Below are positions 39,055 to 48,777 of a DNA stretch of 64,000 nt, in pieces. The notes below the pieces were generated by a model that made no database searches, was not told the DNA's origin, and saw nothing but the letters and a program-made list of their open reading frames with translations. The stretch spans positions 704,001-768,000 of the forward strand of contig JBEPYO010000001.1 of assembly GCA_041641295.1 (NCBI GenBank), given 5' to 3'. How positions within the stretch are numbered: position 1 is the first letter of the stretch; each line of letters begins with the position of its first letter. The translations under genes were made by a program, and so were the position numbers. This DNA comes from Nitrososphaerota archaeon (GTDB taxonomy: Archaea > Thermoproteota > Nitrososphaeria_A > Caldarchaeales > Calditenuaceae).

Positions 39055-39608
39055 TGCCTGTGTCTATTTTTGAGGAGTTGTTCCTAGATATGAGTCTGAG
39101 AAGACTGATTCATGATCCTTACAAACTGTTAAAAGCCATGAGGCTGGAGGCAGGACACATTCTATTGGACATAGGTTGTGGGACGGGTTATCTCTCCATT
39201 CCCGCCGCATCTATAGTGGGTGATAGGGGGATTATTTACGCGGTGGACATCTCAGACAAATACCTGTGGAAACTAGAGCTAAGGGCCGCTAAACTCGGTG
39301 TAAAAAACATACTGACGGTCAGGACTAGGGCTGAAGAGTTGGATGGAATCCCCGACAATTCCGTTGACAGGGCTGTCTTCATGCTGAGCCTCCACCACAT
39401 AGAGGGAAAGGAACAGGCACTGAGTCAGGTTAGACGTAAGCTTAAACAAAACGGCCTACTGATGGTTTATGAGCCGATAGCCTCAAGAATGCTTGGACAC
39501 GGCACAGAACCGTCAGAGATCATACCTCTTCTAAGGCAGAAAGGGTTTGAGCCGAAGCTGTTGGAGAAAGGGCGTCTATTCTGGACCGCTCTGCTTGCTC
39601 CCGTCTAG
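39054..39608 (+). CDS. Class I SAM-dependent methyltransferase
   Basis: LDIGCGTG, YAVDIS; TAATG overlap with the ligase gene. Confidence 0.85.
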   Translation: MPVSIFEELFLDMSLRRLIHDPYKLLKAMRLEAGHILLDIGCGTGYLSIPAASIVGDRGIIYAVDISDKYLWKLELRAAKLGVKNILTVRTRAEELDGIPDNSVDRAVFMLSLHHIEGKEQALSQVRRKLKQNGLLMVYEPIASRMLGHGTEPSEIIPLLRQKGFEPKLLEKGRLFWTALLAPV

Positions 39609-39695
39609 ACTGCCATGTACTTCATCCTCAAAATGAATTTGCTAATGGCGATGTTGTTTTAAAATGTTTAATTATCTCTGAGCATTTCTAGTCTT

Positions 39696-40835
39696 ATGCT
39701 CTCCGAAGAGGAGGCATTAATTCTTAAAACAGCTGAAAAAATAGGCGCGATGGTTGGTCGGGATTATTGGTTGCGTTGTGCCCGTGAGAAGAAAAGCCCT
39801 GACTTGTTGTGGGGGGAGCTTTTAAAGACAAACCTAACAAGCGCTGGTGTTGAGAGAGTTTCGGGCACAGGTCTCTTGGAGGCCGTCCTTGTCCAAGAGG
39901 GCCTAGCGAGGGCCGGGCTGCCCCTTCTCCAATTCTTGACGACGCATCTCTCCAGGACAGTAATCGCTAAGTATGGGACTGAGGAGCAGTTCGAAAGGTT
40001 TGTTAGACCTACATGTGAGCAGGGAAAAAAGATAAGTTTTTGCATCACTGAGGCCGAGGCCGGCTCCAATACTTGGCGGATACGAACCTTTGCGAAGAAG
40101 AGGAATGGCGGCTACATCTTGAACGGGCAGAAAATATTCATTACAGGTGCACGCGAGTCAGACTACCTGCTGATAGTGGCGAGGACGAAAAGATACGAGG
40201 AGGTTGAGGATAAGAGGGATGGGATATCGCTGTTTGTTGTGGAGACACATACTAGTGGAATATCGTTCGAGGCGCTTAACATTGAGCTATATTCACCGGA
40301 GACTCAGTATATTGTTTACTTTGATGGTGTTGAGCTGGGGGATGAGAATTTGGTAGGAGAGGCGGATAAGGGGGTCAATTATCTCTTCGACTGTCTGAAT
40401 GTGGAGAGGATTTTGATAGCTGCCTGCAGTATTGGTTTGGGTGAGCATGTTCTTAAGAGGGCTGTCGAATATGCTAAGCAGAGGATTGTATTCGATAAGC
40501 CTATAGGGTCTTATCAGGGTCTCCAGTTTAGGATGGCGCGTGCCAAAGCGCATTTAGAGGCTGCGAGAGCGCTGAACTATCATGCGGCTAGACTCTATGA
40601 CAGTGGTGGAAGAGTGGGAGCTGAGGCGAACATGGCTAAGCTTGTTGCTTCTGAGGCAGGTCTGGAGGCCTTTGAGATTGCGATGCAGACCTTCGGAGGC
40701 AACGCCTACGACTTAGACACAGACATAATAACATTCTACCCAGTCATAAGACTCTTCATAACCGCACCGGTGACCAACGAGCTTGTGCTCAGCTACATCG
40801 GCCGGCATGTTTTGGGTCTGCCAAAATCCTATTAG
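39696..40835 (+). CDS. Acyl-CoA dehydrogenase
   Basis: CITEAEAGSN, NGQKIFIT, FDKPIGSYQG, QTFGG. Confidence 0.92.
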   Translation: MLSEEEALILKTAEKIGAMVGRDYWLRCAREKKSPDLLWGELLKTNLTSAGVERVSGTGLLEAVLVQEGLARAGLPLLQFLTTHLSRTVIAKYGTEEQFERFVRPTCEQGKKISFCITEAEAGSNTWRIRTFAKKRNGGYILNGQKIFITGARESDYLLIVARTKRYEEVEDKRDGISLFVVETHTSGISFEALNIELYSPETQYIVYFDGVELGDENLVGEADKGVNYLFDCLNVERILIAACSIGLGEHVLKRAVEYAKQRIVFDKPIGSYQGLQFRMARAKAHLEAARALNYHAARLYDSGGRVGAEANMAKLVASEAGLEAFEIAMQTFGGNAYDLDTDIITFYPVIRLFITAPVTNELVLSYIGRHVLGLPKSY

Positions 40836-40844
40836 GGGTGTAAT

Positions 40845-41951
40845 GTGATGGACATATGGGTTGCTGGTGTAGGCGAAATCCCCTGTAGACCTAGCTACGA
40901 CGAGATGGATTTTAGAGAGATGCTGTACAGGGCCGCGGCGAAAGCCTACCTCGATGCAGGAATTACACCAGCAGACGTTGATGGGGTGGTTTCCAGCGGC
41001 ATGGATTTCTATGAGGGGATGAGTATTACTGATTCATACACGCCCGATCAGGTTGGTGGACGCCTGAAGTTCAACACCCTCGTCTCTAATGACGCCTTAA
41101 ACGCATTCATCCATGCATGTATGCTTTTGAAGACGGGGCAATTCAGGACTGTTTTAGTAACTGCCTATGCCAAGGCCTCAAATATACTAAACTATCCCGA
41201 AATCGTCTTTAACTCCTTCGACCCCCACGTCGTCAGGCCCCTCACTCCTCACTTCTACGCTATCGCAGCGATGGATGCACAGGCATATCTCCTAAACTCT
41301 GGGGGCGATGCACGCGACCTCTCTCTAGTCGCCGCTAAGAATAAGAGAAATGCCCTCAGAAACCCTTCCGCGGCATTTGCCGAGAATATTTCTATTGAGG
41401 AGGTTGAGAGCATGGAGGTTGTTTCTGAACCACTGCGGAAAGGTCATGTCGCAGTGCCCTGCGACTATGCTGCGGCCGTCCTGCTGACCACGGAGAAGAG
41501 CCTAGGTAAGGTGCGAGTCGAGGCATTCGGGTATTCCATCGGCAGTTATTCAGTAGACCTCTCCTTGAAGGAGTGGGGCCGGTCACACTGGGCTAGGGCC
41601 GCATTGGAGATGGCTCTCAGGCAGATAAGGATGAGGCGAGTGGATTTCGTAGAGGTTTCAGAACCCTTCGCCCACACCGAGCTGATGGTATTGGATGGAT
41701 TCGGAATTGTTGGGGAAAATGTATGTAAGACTCTGCGGGATGGAGGTTTTAACATGGATGGCTACTTGCCCGTGAACCCTTCGGGCGGGTGTATCGGGAT
41801 GGGTTATCCATTAAACGCCGCGGGGCTCCAGAGGCTGGTCCAGTCTGTCAACCTGTTAAGAACTGGTAGGTGGAGTTCGTGTCTGGTGGCCTCGCCTGAT
41901 GGTGAGGTTGTAGATGGAGGCGCTGTAGTGGTGCTGAGTGCGGAGGTGTGA
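40845..41951 (+). CDS. Thiolase-fold protein lacking the catalytic Cys (Ltp4-like)
   Basis: AAKNKRNALRNP, CDYAAAV, VNPSGG; no nucleophilic Cys in the N-terminal motif. Confidence 0.75.
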   Translation: MMDIWVAGVGEIPCRPSYDEMDFREMLYRAAAKAYLDAGITPADVDGVVSSGMDFYEGMSITDSYTPDQVGGRLKFNTLVSNDALNAFIHACMLLKTGQFRTVLVTAYAKASNILNYPEIVFNSFDPHVVRPLTPHFYAIAAMDAQAYLLNSGGDARDLSLVAAKNKRNALRNPSAAFAENISIEEVESMEVVSEPLRKGHVAVPCDYAAAVLLTTEKSLGKVRVEAFGYSIGSYSVDLSLKEWGRSHWARAALEMALRQIRMRRVDFVEVSEPFAHTELMVLDGFGIVGENVCKTLRDGGFNMDGYLPVNPSGGCIGMGYPLNAAGLQRLVQSVNLLRTGRWSSCLVASPDGEVVDGGAVVVLSAEV

Positions 41952-43110
41952 GGGGTTGAGGAAGAGAGTAGCTATTGTGGGGGCTGGGATGACGTATTTC
42001 CGCTCAATGCTGCCAATGACGCCTCAAGAAATGGTGTACGAGGCCGTTAGGAAGAGTTTGGATGACTGTGGACTCGAGTTCAAAGACATTGACGCCGTAG
42101 TATCTGGGTCGGCACCTGATGCATTCGATGGATATCATCATAAGGGGCTTGTAGGGGTTGAGCCATCCGGTGCCAATGGAAAACCATATTCCAGAGTCTT
42201 TGTGGGGGGCGGTACAGGAGTGGGCGCAGCTGTCGCAGGCTGGTGGCATGTTGCGTCAGGAGTCTTCAAAAGAGTCTTGGTCGTGGCATGGGAGAAGATG
42301 AGCCACCCATACCCTCACGCCCAGCCCCTATTCAAGACAATCTTCGAGCCAATTGTAGAGCAGCCTCTCGGCCCGAACCTGATATGGATATTCGCACTTG
42401 AGATGCGCCGCTACATGGAGGCGCATAAACTGTCTAAGGAGCTGATAGCACGCGTCGCGGTCAAGAACAAGGGTAACGCGCTAGACCATCCCTACGCGCA
42501 GCTGGGGGCAAAAATAACAGTTGAAGACGTTTTGAAATCGCCAGTACTGGTTTGGCCCGTGCATAGGCTTGACATCAGCCCATCGTCAGACGGGGCAGTT
42601 GCTCTTGTTCTCGCCTCGGAAGATGAGGCTAGGAAGATAACCGATACGCCTGTCTGGATTGAAGGTGTGGGTGCGTGTCTGGACAGCCAATTCTGGACCA
42701 ACAGAGACCTCGCATACCCCTACTACGTTTACCTAGCTGCGCAGCAGGCCTACAAGATGGCGGGGATAACCAACCCTCTCAAGGAGATCGACGTATTCGA
42801 ACCCTACGACCCATTCACGTATAAGGAGCTACACCACCTAGACGCTCTGCTGGGCAAGCCCGGCCTCGCGCCGAAGCTATTGGAGGAGGGACAGCTAGAG
42901 AGGGATGGAGACTACCCCACATGCCCCTCGGGCGGTCTACTAGGTGTTGGAAACCCGATAGCGGCTGCGGGGTTGATGAAGGTTGCCGAGCTATACTGGC
43001 AGCTCTCTGGGAGGGCGGGGAAGAGACAAGTCCCAAACGCGTATGTCGGAGTCGCACAGGCCTGGGGTGACCTGATGCAAGTCGCCCAAGTGGTGGTGTG
43101 CAGGTCATGA
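41938..43110 (+). CDS. Thiolase-fold protein lacking the catalytic Cys (Ltp3-like)
   Basis: RVFVGGGTG in place of xCxSG, SDGAVA, EPYDPF, SGGLLGVGNPIAAAG. Confidence 0.8.
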   Translation: MRRCEGLRKRVAIVGAGMTYFRSMLPMTPQEMVYEAVRKSLDDCGLEFKDIDAVVSGSAPDAFDGYHHKGLVGVEPSGANGKPYSRVFVGGGTGVGAAVAGWWHVASGVFKRVLVVAWEKMSHPYPHAQPLFKTIFEPIVEQPLGPNLIWIFALEMRRYMEAHKLSKELIARVAVKNKGNALDHPYAQLGAKITVEDVLKSPVLVWPVHRLDISPSSDGAVALVLASEDEARKITDTPVWIEGVGACLDSQFWTNRDLAYPYYVYLAAQQAYKMAGITNPLKEIDVFEPYDPFTYKELHHLDALLGKPGLAPKLLEEGQLERDGDYPTCPSGGLLGVGNPIAAAGLMKVAELYWQLSGRAGKRQVPNAYVGVAQAWGDLMQVAQVVVCRS

Positions 43111-43766
43111 CAAGGGCCACACCCTCGAGATTCTCGCCAAACTACTTAAAACAACTACCGGAGGACTTGGCCGAATACGTGCGGAGACACGGGCTCGACA
43201 AAGAGTTCGGAAGACTGGACAGCTGGTCTTCATCAATGGAGAAGACATACACGGAGATTGAGGAGTGGCAAATCGACAACCTCATCATCAGCTACTGGCA
43301 CATAGAATGCATGTATAAACACGCGGCTGGTTTTGCTGTTTCCCGCTTTCTCGAAGGACTGAAAAACGGTAAGATATTGGGAACGAAGTGCGAGGGCTGT
43401 GGACGCGTGCTGATACCTCCACGCATCTTCTGTGAATGGTGTTTCCGAGACGTGGACACGTGGGTCGAACACCCGGGGACTGGAGTCATATCAACCTACT
43501 CGTTGTCATATATTGGGACAGACCCTAGGGTCAGGTTTGAGAAGCCCATAATAGTTGCTGTAATCTGGTTTGATGGCACCGTGAAAAAGGCGAATTCCTC
43601 TAGGACGGTTTTACACTCCGCTGGAATACTGCACAAGGTTCAAGGAGTTGACCCGGAGAAGGTTCACGTTGGGATGCGTGTAAAGCCGGTTTGGAGAAGG
43701 CCGGAAGAGAGGGTTGGCAGCATATTGGACATAGAGTATTTCGCACCCTTGGAGGGTGATGGGTGA
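43098..43766 (+). CDS. DUF35 Zn-ribbon/OB-fold protein
   Basis: CEGC...PPRIFCEWC, GMRVKPVW. Confidence 0.88.
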   Translation: MQVMTRATPSRFSPNYLKQLPEDLAEYVRRHGLDKEFGRLDSWSSSMEKTYTEIEEWQIDNLIISYWHIECMYKHAAGFAVSRFLEGLKNGKILGTKCEGCGRVLIPPRIFCEWCFRDVDTWVEHPGTGVISTYSLSYIGTDPRVRFEKPIIVAVIWFDGTVKKANSSRTVLHSAGILHKVQGVDPEKVHVGMRVKPVWRRPEERVGSILDIEYFAPLEGDG

Positions 43767-44173
43767 TGAGTATCGAGAGCTTTTACGAGTATCCTACCGG
43801 TGTAGCACTCTCTAGATTCCTTGAGGGATTAAGACTAGGCCGGCTGATTGCGAGTAAATGCAGCAGGTGCAACCACACAGTGATACCGCCGCGGGCCTAC
43901 TGTCTGAAATGCTATAGGCCGATTAAAGAGTATCAAATAATCGGAGAAGAGGGGCGGATAGCCACCTACACGCGCTCCTTCACCAACATTGAGGGGAAGC
44001 CTGCTAACCCACCAGTAACATGGGTCTTCGTAAAATTCGACGGTGTTGATGGAGGACTATTTCACATACTCGACCCTTCGATCATCCCGCAGACAGGCAT
44101 GAGGGTTAGGCCGGTTTTTAGAGAACATAGGATTGGAAGCATCCTTGATATTAAGTGGTTTACAGCCGTTTAG
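43763..44173 (+). CDS. DUF35 Zn-ribbon/OB-fold protein
   Basis: CSRC...PPRAYCLKC, GMRVRPVF. Confidence 0.88.
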   Translation: MMSIESFYEYPTGVALSRFLEGLRLGRLIASKCSRCNHTVIPPRAYCLKCYRPIKEYQIIGEEGRIATYTRSFTNIEGKPANPPVTWVFVKFDGVDGGLFHILDPSIIPQTGMRVRPVFREHRIGSILDIKWFTAV

Positions 44174-44306
44174 CCGGTCTGCCCAAAATTCCAGTCAGGC
44201 GCTACAGGTTTGCCTCACCTAGTTTGCTGATTACTCAAAATGGCTGGGCGGCATGTTTTGGTCGTAGGTTTGTGAAGTTTTAAAGCGGGGTCTACTGTTT
44301 TATTCT

Positions 44307-44570
44307 TTGTTGAATCCGCCGATGATTTTCTCCGGCCTAATAGTCTTCCTCACGGGCCTAGTCCTCTTCGTTGTGGGTCTTCAGGCTTTCTGGATACTTG
44401 CTGCGGCTGGTGTTTTGATGATTGCTGCGGGGTTCTTCTCCGAGAAGAGGGAGGAAGTGGTGCCTGAGAATCCAGGGATGAAGTTCTGCTGGTACTGTCT
44501 CAAAGAGATACCTGTTGAGGCTGAGGAGTGTATGTACTGTGGGTTTAGGCAGGATCAGTTTAAGAAGTAG
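44307..44570 (+). CDS. Small 2-TM protein with C-terminal zinc ribbon
   Basis: Two hydrophobic helices, then CWYC...CMYCG. Confidence 0.7.
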   Translation: MLNPPMIFSGLIVFLTGLVLFVVGLQAFWILAAAGVLMIAAGFFSEKREEVVPENPGMKFCWYCLKEIPVEAEECMYCGFRQDQFKK

Positions 44571-45384
44571 AGCGCCTCCACCGGCGAAGGCCGAGGTAGA
44601 GTATCAGCGATATTAGCGTCCACGTGGCTATGCCTATAGGGCCGAGCCCACCCAGCTCTCGGGGTAGCTGGCTTACCAATATTGTTAGTCCCCAAGCCGC
44701 ATTGACGGCCCCGTGGAGTGATGCGACCGGTATAACGCTTGATGATAGGCGCCTGACCACTGCGTGGGGAAGTGAGAGCGAGGCAGTGAAGGCTATGAAG
44801 AGGAGGGAGCCCAGCACAGGGTTCTCCGGATAGTTGTAGCCTAGGAGCAGGATTGCTGGTGCGTGCCAGACTCCCCAGACTAGGCCTACGAGGAGCGACG
44901 CCTTTGTGAGGCTGAGTCCAAGCGCCTCTAGCTCGGTTTGGAGGAATCCTCTCCACCCTATCTCCTCTCCAAGTGCGAAGAGCGTGTTTATTGTTATGGC
45001 TGAGAAGTAGGTGGCGAGAAGCATCAACACAATCAGAGCCTCTGGAGCGAGACTTATTGGTGCAGGAATCTGGAGAGACTCAAGTGTTAGGAGGCCTACT
45101 GGGGTTATGATGAGGAGGTATAGTAGAATTGCTGAGAAGGCTATTAACGGTGAAGAGAGGTAGAGGACGAACACCTTCATGCCGAGACGGATGGATTCCT
45201 TCACCTCTCTACGCCCAGCAACTAGGAGGGCCGAGACCGTGGGCGTATACATTCTGATGGCCCCCCAGCCCAGTGTTACGAGAACGCCGGCCAGTCCGCC
45301 CATTAGGTAGACGACTACATCGACTAGAGCTGCCAGTGATATGGAGAGGGCCGAAAAGGTAACGACCCTTCTCCAAGTAGGCAT
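44560..45384 (-). CDS. CPBP (CAAX/Abi) intramembrane protease
   Basis: GEEIGWRGF, WGVWH, HGAVN. Confidence 0.88.
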   Translation of the reverse strand: MPTWRRVVTFSALSISLAALVDVVVYLMGGLAGVLVTLGWGAIRMYTPTVSALLVAGRREVKESIRLGMKVFVLYLSSPLIAFSAILLYLLIITPVGLLTLESLQIPAPISLAPEALIVLMLLATYFSAITINTLFALGEEIGWRGFLQTELEALGLSLTKASLLVGLVWGVWHAPAILLLGYNYPENPVLGSLLFIAFTASLSLPHAVVRRLSSSVIPVASLHGAVNAAWGLTILVSQLPRELGGLGPIGIATWTLISLILYLGLRRWRRSTS

Positions 45385-45544
45385 GGCACTTAATGTCTTT
45401 GGCAGCGATTTAAACGTGGTTAGTCAGATTTGGCTCGCTTTTAGTGCTGGCAGGAGAATACCCGCCCTATCGTTCAAGAATTCGAGCCAAGTCTTCTTGA
45501 CATGGTCTCCTGAATATTTAAGCAGAGGAGGACTGGCAATATCT

Positions 45545-48259
45545 GTGCACACCGATTCAACCATCCCCCCACCCTTCAACCTCCGGTGCGAATACTTGGT
45601 GAACCCGCTCGGCATAGATGTCCGTCGCCCAAGATTCTCCTGGATGCTTAGACATGACGAGCGTGGTAGGCTCCAGTCGGCCTACCGGATTATAGTCTCC
45701 AGCAGCCTTGAGGCGGCGGAGAAGTTTATCGGGGATGTCTGGGACAGCGGGAAGGTCGCATCAGGCCAGTCGATAAACGTGGAATACGGTGGCGGAGAGC
45801 TAGAGAGTAGGCGTAGATATTATTGGAGGGTGAAGTGGTGGGACGATACTGGCCGTGAGAGCCCATTCAGCGAGATAGCATTCTTCGAGACGGGCATACT
45901 TAGCCAAGCGGAGTGGAGGGCCAAGTGGATTGGCGGCGGACGCCTGCTTAGAAGAGAGTTTATGATAGATGGCGAGGTCAAGCGCGCCCGAGTATACATC
46001 TGCGGCCTCGGATACTATGAACTCAGGATCAACGGGAAGCGGGTAGGCGACAGGGTCTTAGACCCTCCCTGGACCGATTACGAGGAACTGGCACTCTACA
46101 CAGTATACGATGTCACGGATTATATTAGGAGGGGGGCTAACGCCGTCGCAGCACTGCTCGGAAATGGCAGATACTCGCCTAAGCATGAGTGGAGGGTGAA
46201 GGGTATTCAGGTTAAGAAGTATGGGGATGCTGAGCCCAAGCTGTTGGCGGAGATATGGGTCTGGCTTGATGATGGCCGGGAGGTTGTGATAGTTACCGAC
46301 GAGGAGTGGAGGGCATCCGACGGACCCATAGTGTTCGACGACATCTATGATGGCGAGGTCTATGACGCTAGGCTTGAGAGAGTGGGCTATGATAGGCCGG
46401 GATTCGACGACTCTGACTGGAGAAGGGCCCATACAACAGCTCCGCCGTGCAAGAGACTATACTCATCGACGACATCACCGCCCATCAGGAGAGTAAGGCT
46501 ACTTCCTGCGAGGAAAATCCTGAACCCGAGGCCGGGCGTATACATCTTCGACTTTGGCCAGAATTTTTCAGGCTGGGTCAGGCTGAAGGTCTCAGGTGAA
46601 AGAGGGACGATGGTTAGGCTGAGATACGCCGAGCTATTGGACGAGAGCGGGGAGTTGAATACGGCTCCGAACAGGGCCGCCAAGTCAACAGACGTCTACA
46701 TACTCAAGGGAGACGGCGTAGAGGAGTATGAGCCACACTTCACATACCACGGGTTTAGATACGTCGAGCTAACAGGATACCCCGGAACTCCACACCTAGA
46801 CACCCTCACCGGCGTCGAAGTCCACTCAGATGTCGAGCCCGTCGGAGGATTTTCCTGCTCAAACCAGCTCCTCAATGATATTCACCGCATCATAGTCTGG
46901 TCGGTGTTGAGCAACCTAATGGGTGTGCCGACCGACTGTCCACAGCGAGACGAGCGGTTGGGCTGGATGGGCGACGCGCACCTAGTAGCAGAGGCTGCGA
47001 TATTCAACTTCGACATGGCGGCCTTCTACAACAAGTGGCTACGCGACATTAGGCTGGCACAGGCGGAGGATGGCAGTGTCCCAGATGTTGTGCCTCCCTA
47101 CTGGCTACTCTACCCCGCAGATCCTGCATGGGGCTCGGCATGCACCATAATTCCGTGGCTCCTCTACCTCTACTACGGCGACCGCAGAGCACTCGAGGAA
47201 AACTATGAGATGATGAGGCGCTGGGTCGAGTTCCTATCCTCTAAGGCTGAAAACAACATAGTTAGGCTGAGCAAGTATGGCGACTGGTGTAGGCCTGGCT
47301 TCATATCCTCGCCCGAGACACCCGGCGAGCTAGTCTCCACCTGGTTCTACTATTACTCCACTAGGATACTTGCGGAGTCTGCGAGGGTTCTGGGCAGGAC
47401 TAGTGACTGGGAGAGATACTCATCACTGGCTGAAAAGATAAAGGACGCATTCAACCGCGAGTTTCTGAGAGATGGGCGCTACGGGGTTGTCAGGCCTTCA
47501 AGCCAGACCGCGCCGCTCAGCAGCCAGACTTCAAACATCCTCCCACTAGCCCTCGACATGACACCTGAAGGCGAGGTCGGCCGCGTACTCGAGAACCTGC
47601 TTGAGGATATAGTTCAGCGTAAAGACTACCACCTCGCCACTGGAATCATAGGAACCCGATACCTCCTCGAGACGCTATCAAAACATGGGCACACCGACAC
47701 TGCCTACAGGGTGGTCAGCAAGACCAGCTACCCGAGCTGGGGCTACATGATCCGAGAGGGGGCCACAACCCTCTGGGAGAGGTGGGAGCTGCTAACAGGC
47801 GGGGGCATGAACTCTCACAACCACGCAATGTTTGGAAGTATCGACTCGTGGTTCTACAAATTTTTGGCCGGAATCAACCCTGACGAACAGGAGCCCGGAT
47901 TCAAAAAGATAATAATAAAGCCACACCTGCCCAGCGGACTAAACCATGCTTCAGCCTCCACCTACACCATAAGGGGCCTCGTCTACTCCGCCTGGCAAAA
48001 GAGAGGTGGAAAGCTTCACGTTGAAGTCTCAATCCCCACCAACAGTACAGGGGCAATCTGGCTCCCAGTGAAAGAGTTTCCAAACCCCGCCGTCTATGAG
48101 GGTGGGAGAGCCGTGTGGCGGGATGGAAGCTATATCCCCGGCGTCGAGGGCATCAAGTCGGCGCGAATGGAAGGAGACTACATCGTTCTCGAAGCTGGCT
48201 CCGGATTTTATCACTTCGAGATAACCGCCGGAAAAGAGGCTAAAGAGACGAGTCAATAA
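45545..48259 (+). CDS. Alpha-L-rhamnosidase (GH78)
   Basis: PTDCPQRDERLGWMGD, GATTLWERW, NSHNHAMFG; start moved to GTG 45545 because the longer ORF overlaps the CPBP gene. Confidence 0.9.
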   Translation: MHTDSTIPPPFNLRCEYLVNPLGIDVRRPRFSWMLRHDERGRLQSAYRIIVSSSLEAAEKFIGDVWDSGKVASGQSINVEYGGGELESRRRYYWRVKWWDDTGRESPFSEIAFFETGILSQAEWRAKWIGGGRLLRREFMIDGEVKRARVYICGLGYYELRINGKRVGDRVLDPPWTDYEELALYTVYDVTDYIRRGANAVAALLGNGRYSPKHEWRVKGIQVKKYGDAEPKLLAEIWVWLDDGREVVIVTDEEWRASDGPIVFDDIYDGEVYDARLERVGYDRPGFDDSDWRRAHTTAPPCKRLYSSTTSPPIRRVRLLPARKILNPRPGVYIFDFGQNFSGWVRLKVSGERGTMVRLRYAELLDESGELNTAPNRAAKSTDVYILKGDGVEEYEPHFTYHGFRYVELTGYPGTPHLDTLTGVEVHSDVEPVGGFSCSNQLLNDIHRIIVWSVLSNLMGVPTDCPQRDERLGWMGDAHLVAEAAIFNFDMAAFYNKWLRDIRLAQAEDGSVPDVVPPYWLLYPADPAWGSACTIIPWLLYLYYGDRRALEENYEMMRRWVEFLSSKAENNIVRLSKYGDWCRPGFISSPETPGELVSTWFYYYSTRILAESARVLGRTSDWERYSSLAEKIKDAFNREFLRDGRYGVVRPSSQTAPLSSQTSNILPLALDMTPEGEVGRVLENLLEDIVQRKDYHLATGIIGTRYLLETLSKHGHTDTAYRVVSKTSYPSWGYMIREGATTLWERWELLTGGGMNSHNHAMFGSIDSWFYKFLAGINPDEQEPGFKKIIIKPHLPSGLNHASASTYTIRGLVYSAWQKRGGKLHVEVSIPTNSTGAIWLPVKEFPNPAVYEGGRAVWRDGSYIPGVEGIKSARMEGDYIVLEAGSGFYHFEITAGKEAKETSQ

Positions 48260-48728
48260 CCTCTTGGTCGAGGTTGGGTGTAACGACTACCACTGGGACC
48301 GTCGCCTTCTCTATGACTTTTTTGAGTACCCTGCCGCCGCTGGGCTCTAGGAATCCTCCACCCTTGTAGCCCATAACTATGAGCGCGGCTAGCTTCTCGG
48401 CCTGCTCCAATATAATCCGCGAGGGGTCACCGGTCAGGCTTAACAGCTTCACCTTCACACCGCTCTCCATAAGCTCTGAGACGATGCTGTGGACAACCCT
48501 CAGCTCCTCGTTCAGCGTCTCATCCTTGAGCGCTAGGATTGGTTCAGCGCCAGACTCGCCGGGGCTCGGCCTACCAACAGTTTGGACGCCAGCCATTAGG
48601 TGTTCACTAACTACGTGAAGGAGTATTAGCTGAAGCCCCAGCCTCTCCGCAAGTCTGAGGGCAACCCTCGCAACCTTCCTACTTATAGGCGACCCATCGA
48701 CACTAGCTAAAACTACCTTCTCCACCAC
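48240..48728 (-). CDS. Universal stress protein
   Basis: LASVDGS, GDP...IVMG, ATVPVVVV. Confidence 0.85.
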   Translation of the reverse strand: MVEKVVLASVDGSPISRKVARVALRLAERLGLQLILLHVVSEHLMAGVQTVGRPSPGESGAEPILALKDETLNEELRVVHSIVSELMESGVKVKLLSLTGDPSRIILEQAEKLAALIVMGYKGGGFLEPSGGRVLKKVIEKATVPVVVVTPNLDQEVIDSSL

Positions 48729-48777
48729 TTATCTAAGCCGCGACACGGCCATTTAAATGCTCGGCCACACTACCCTC

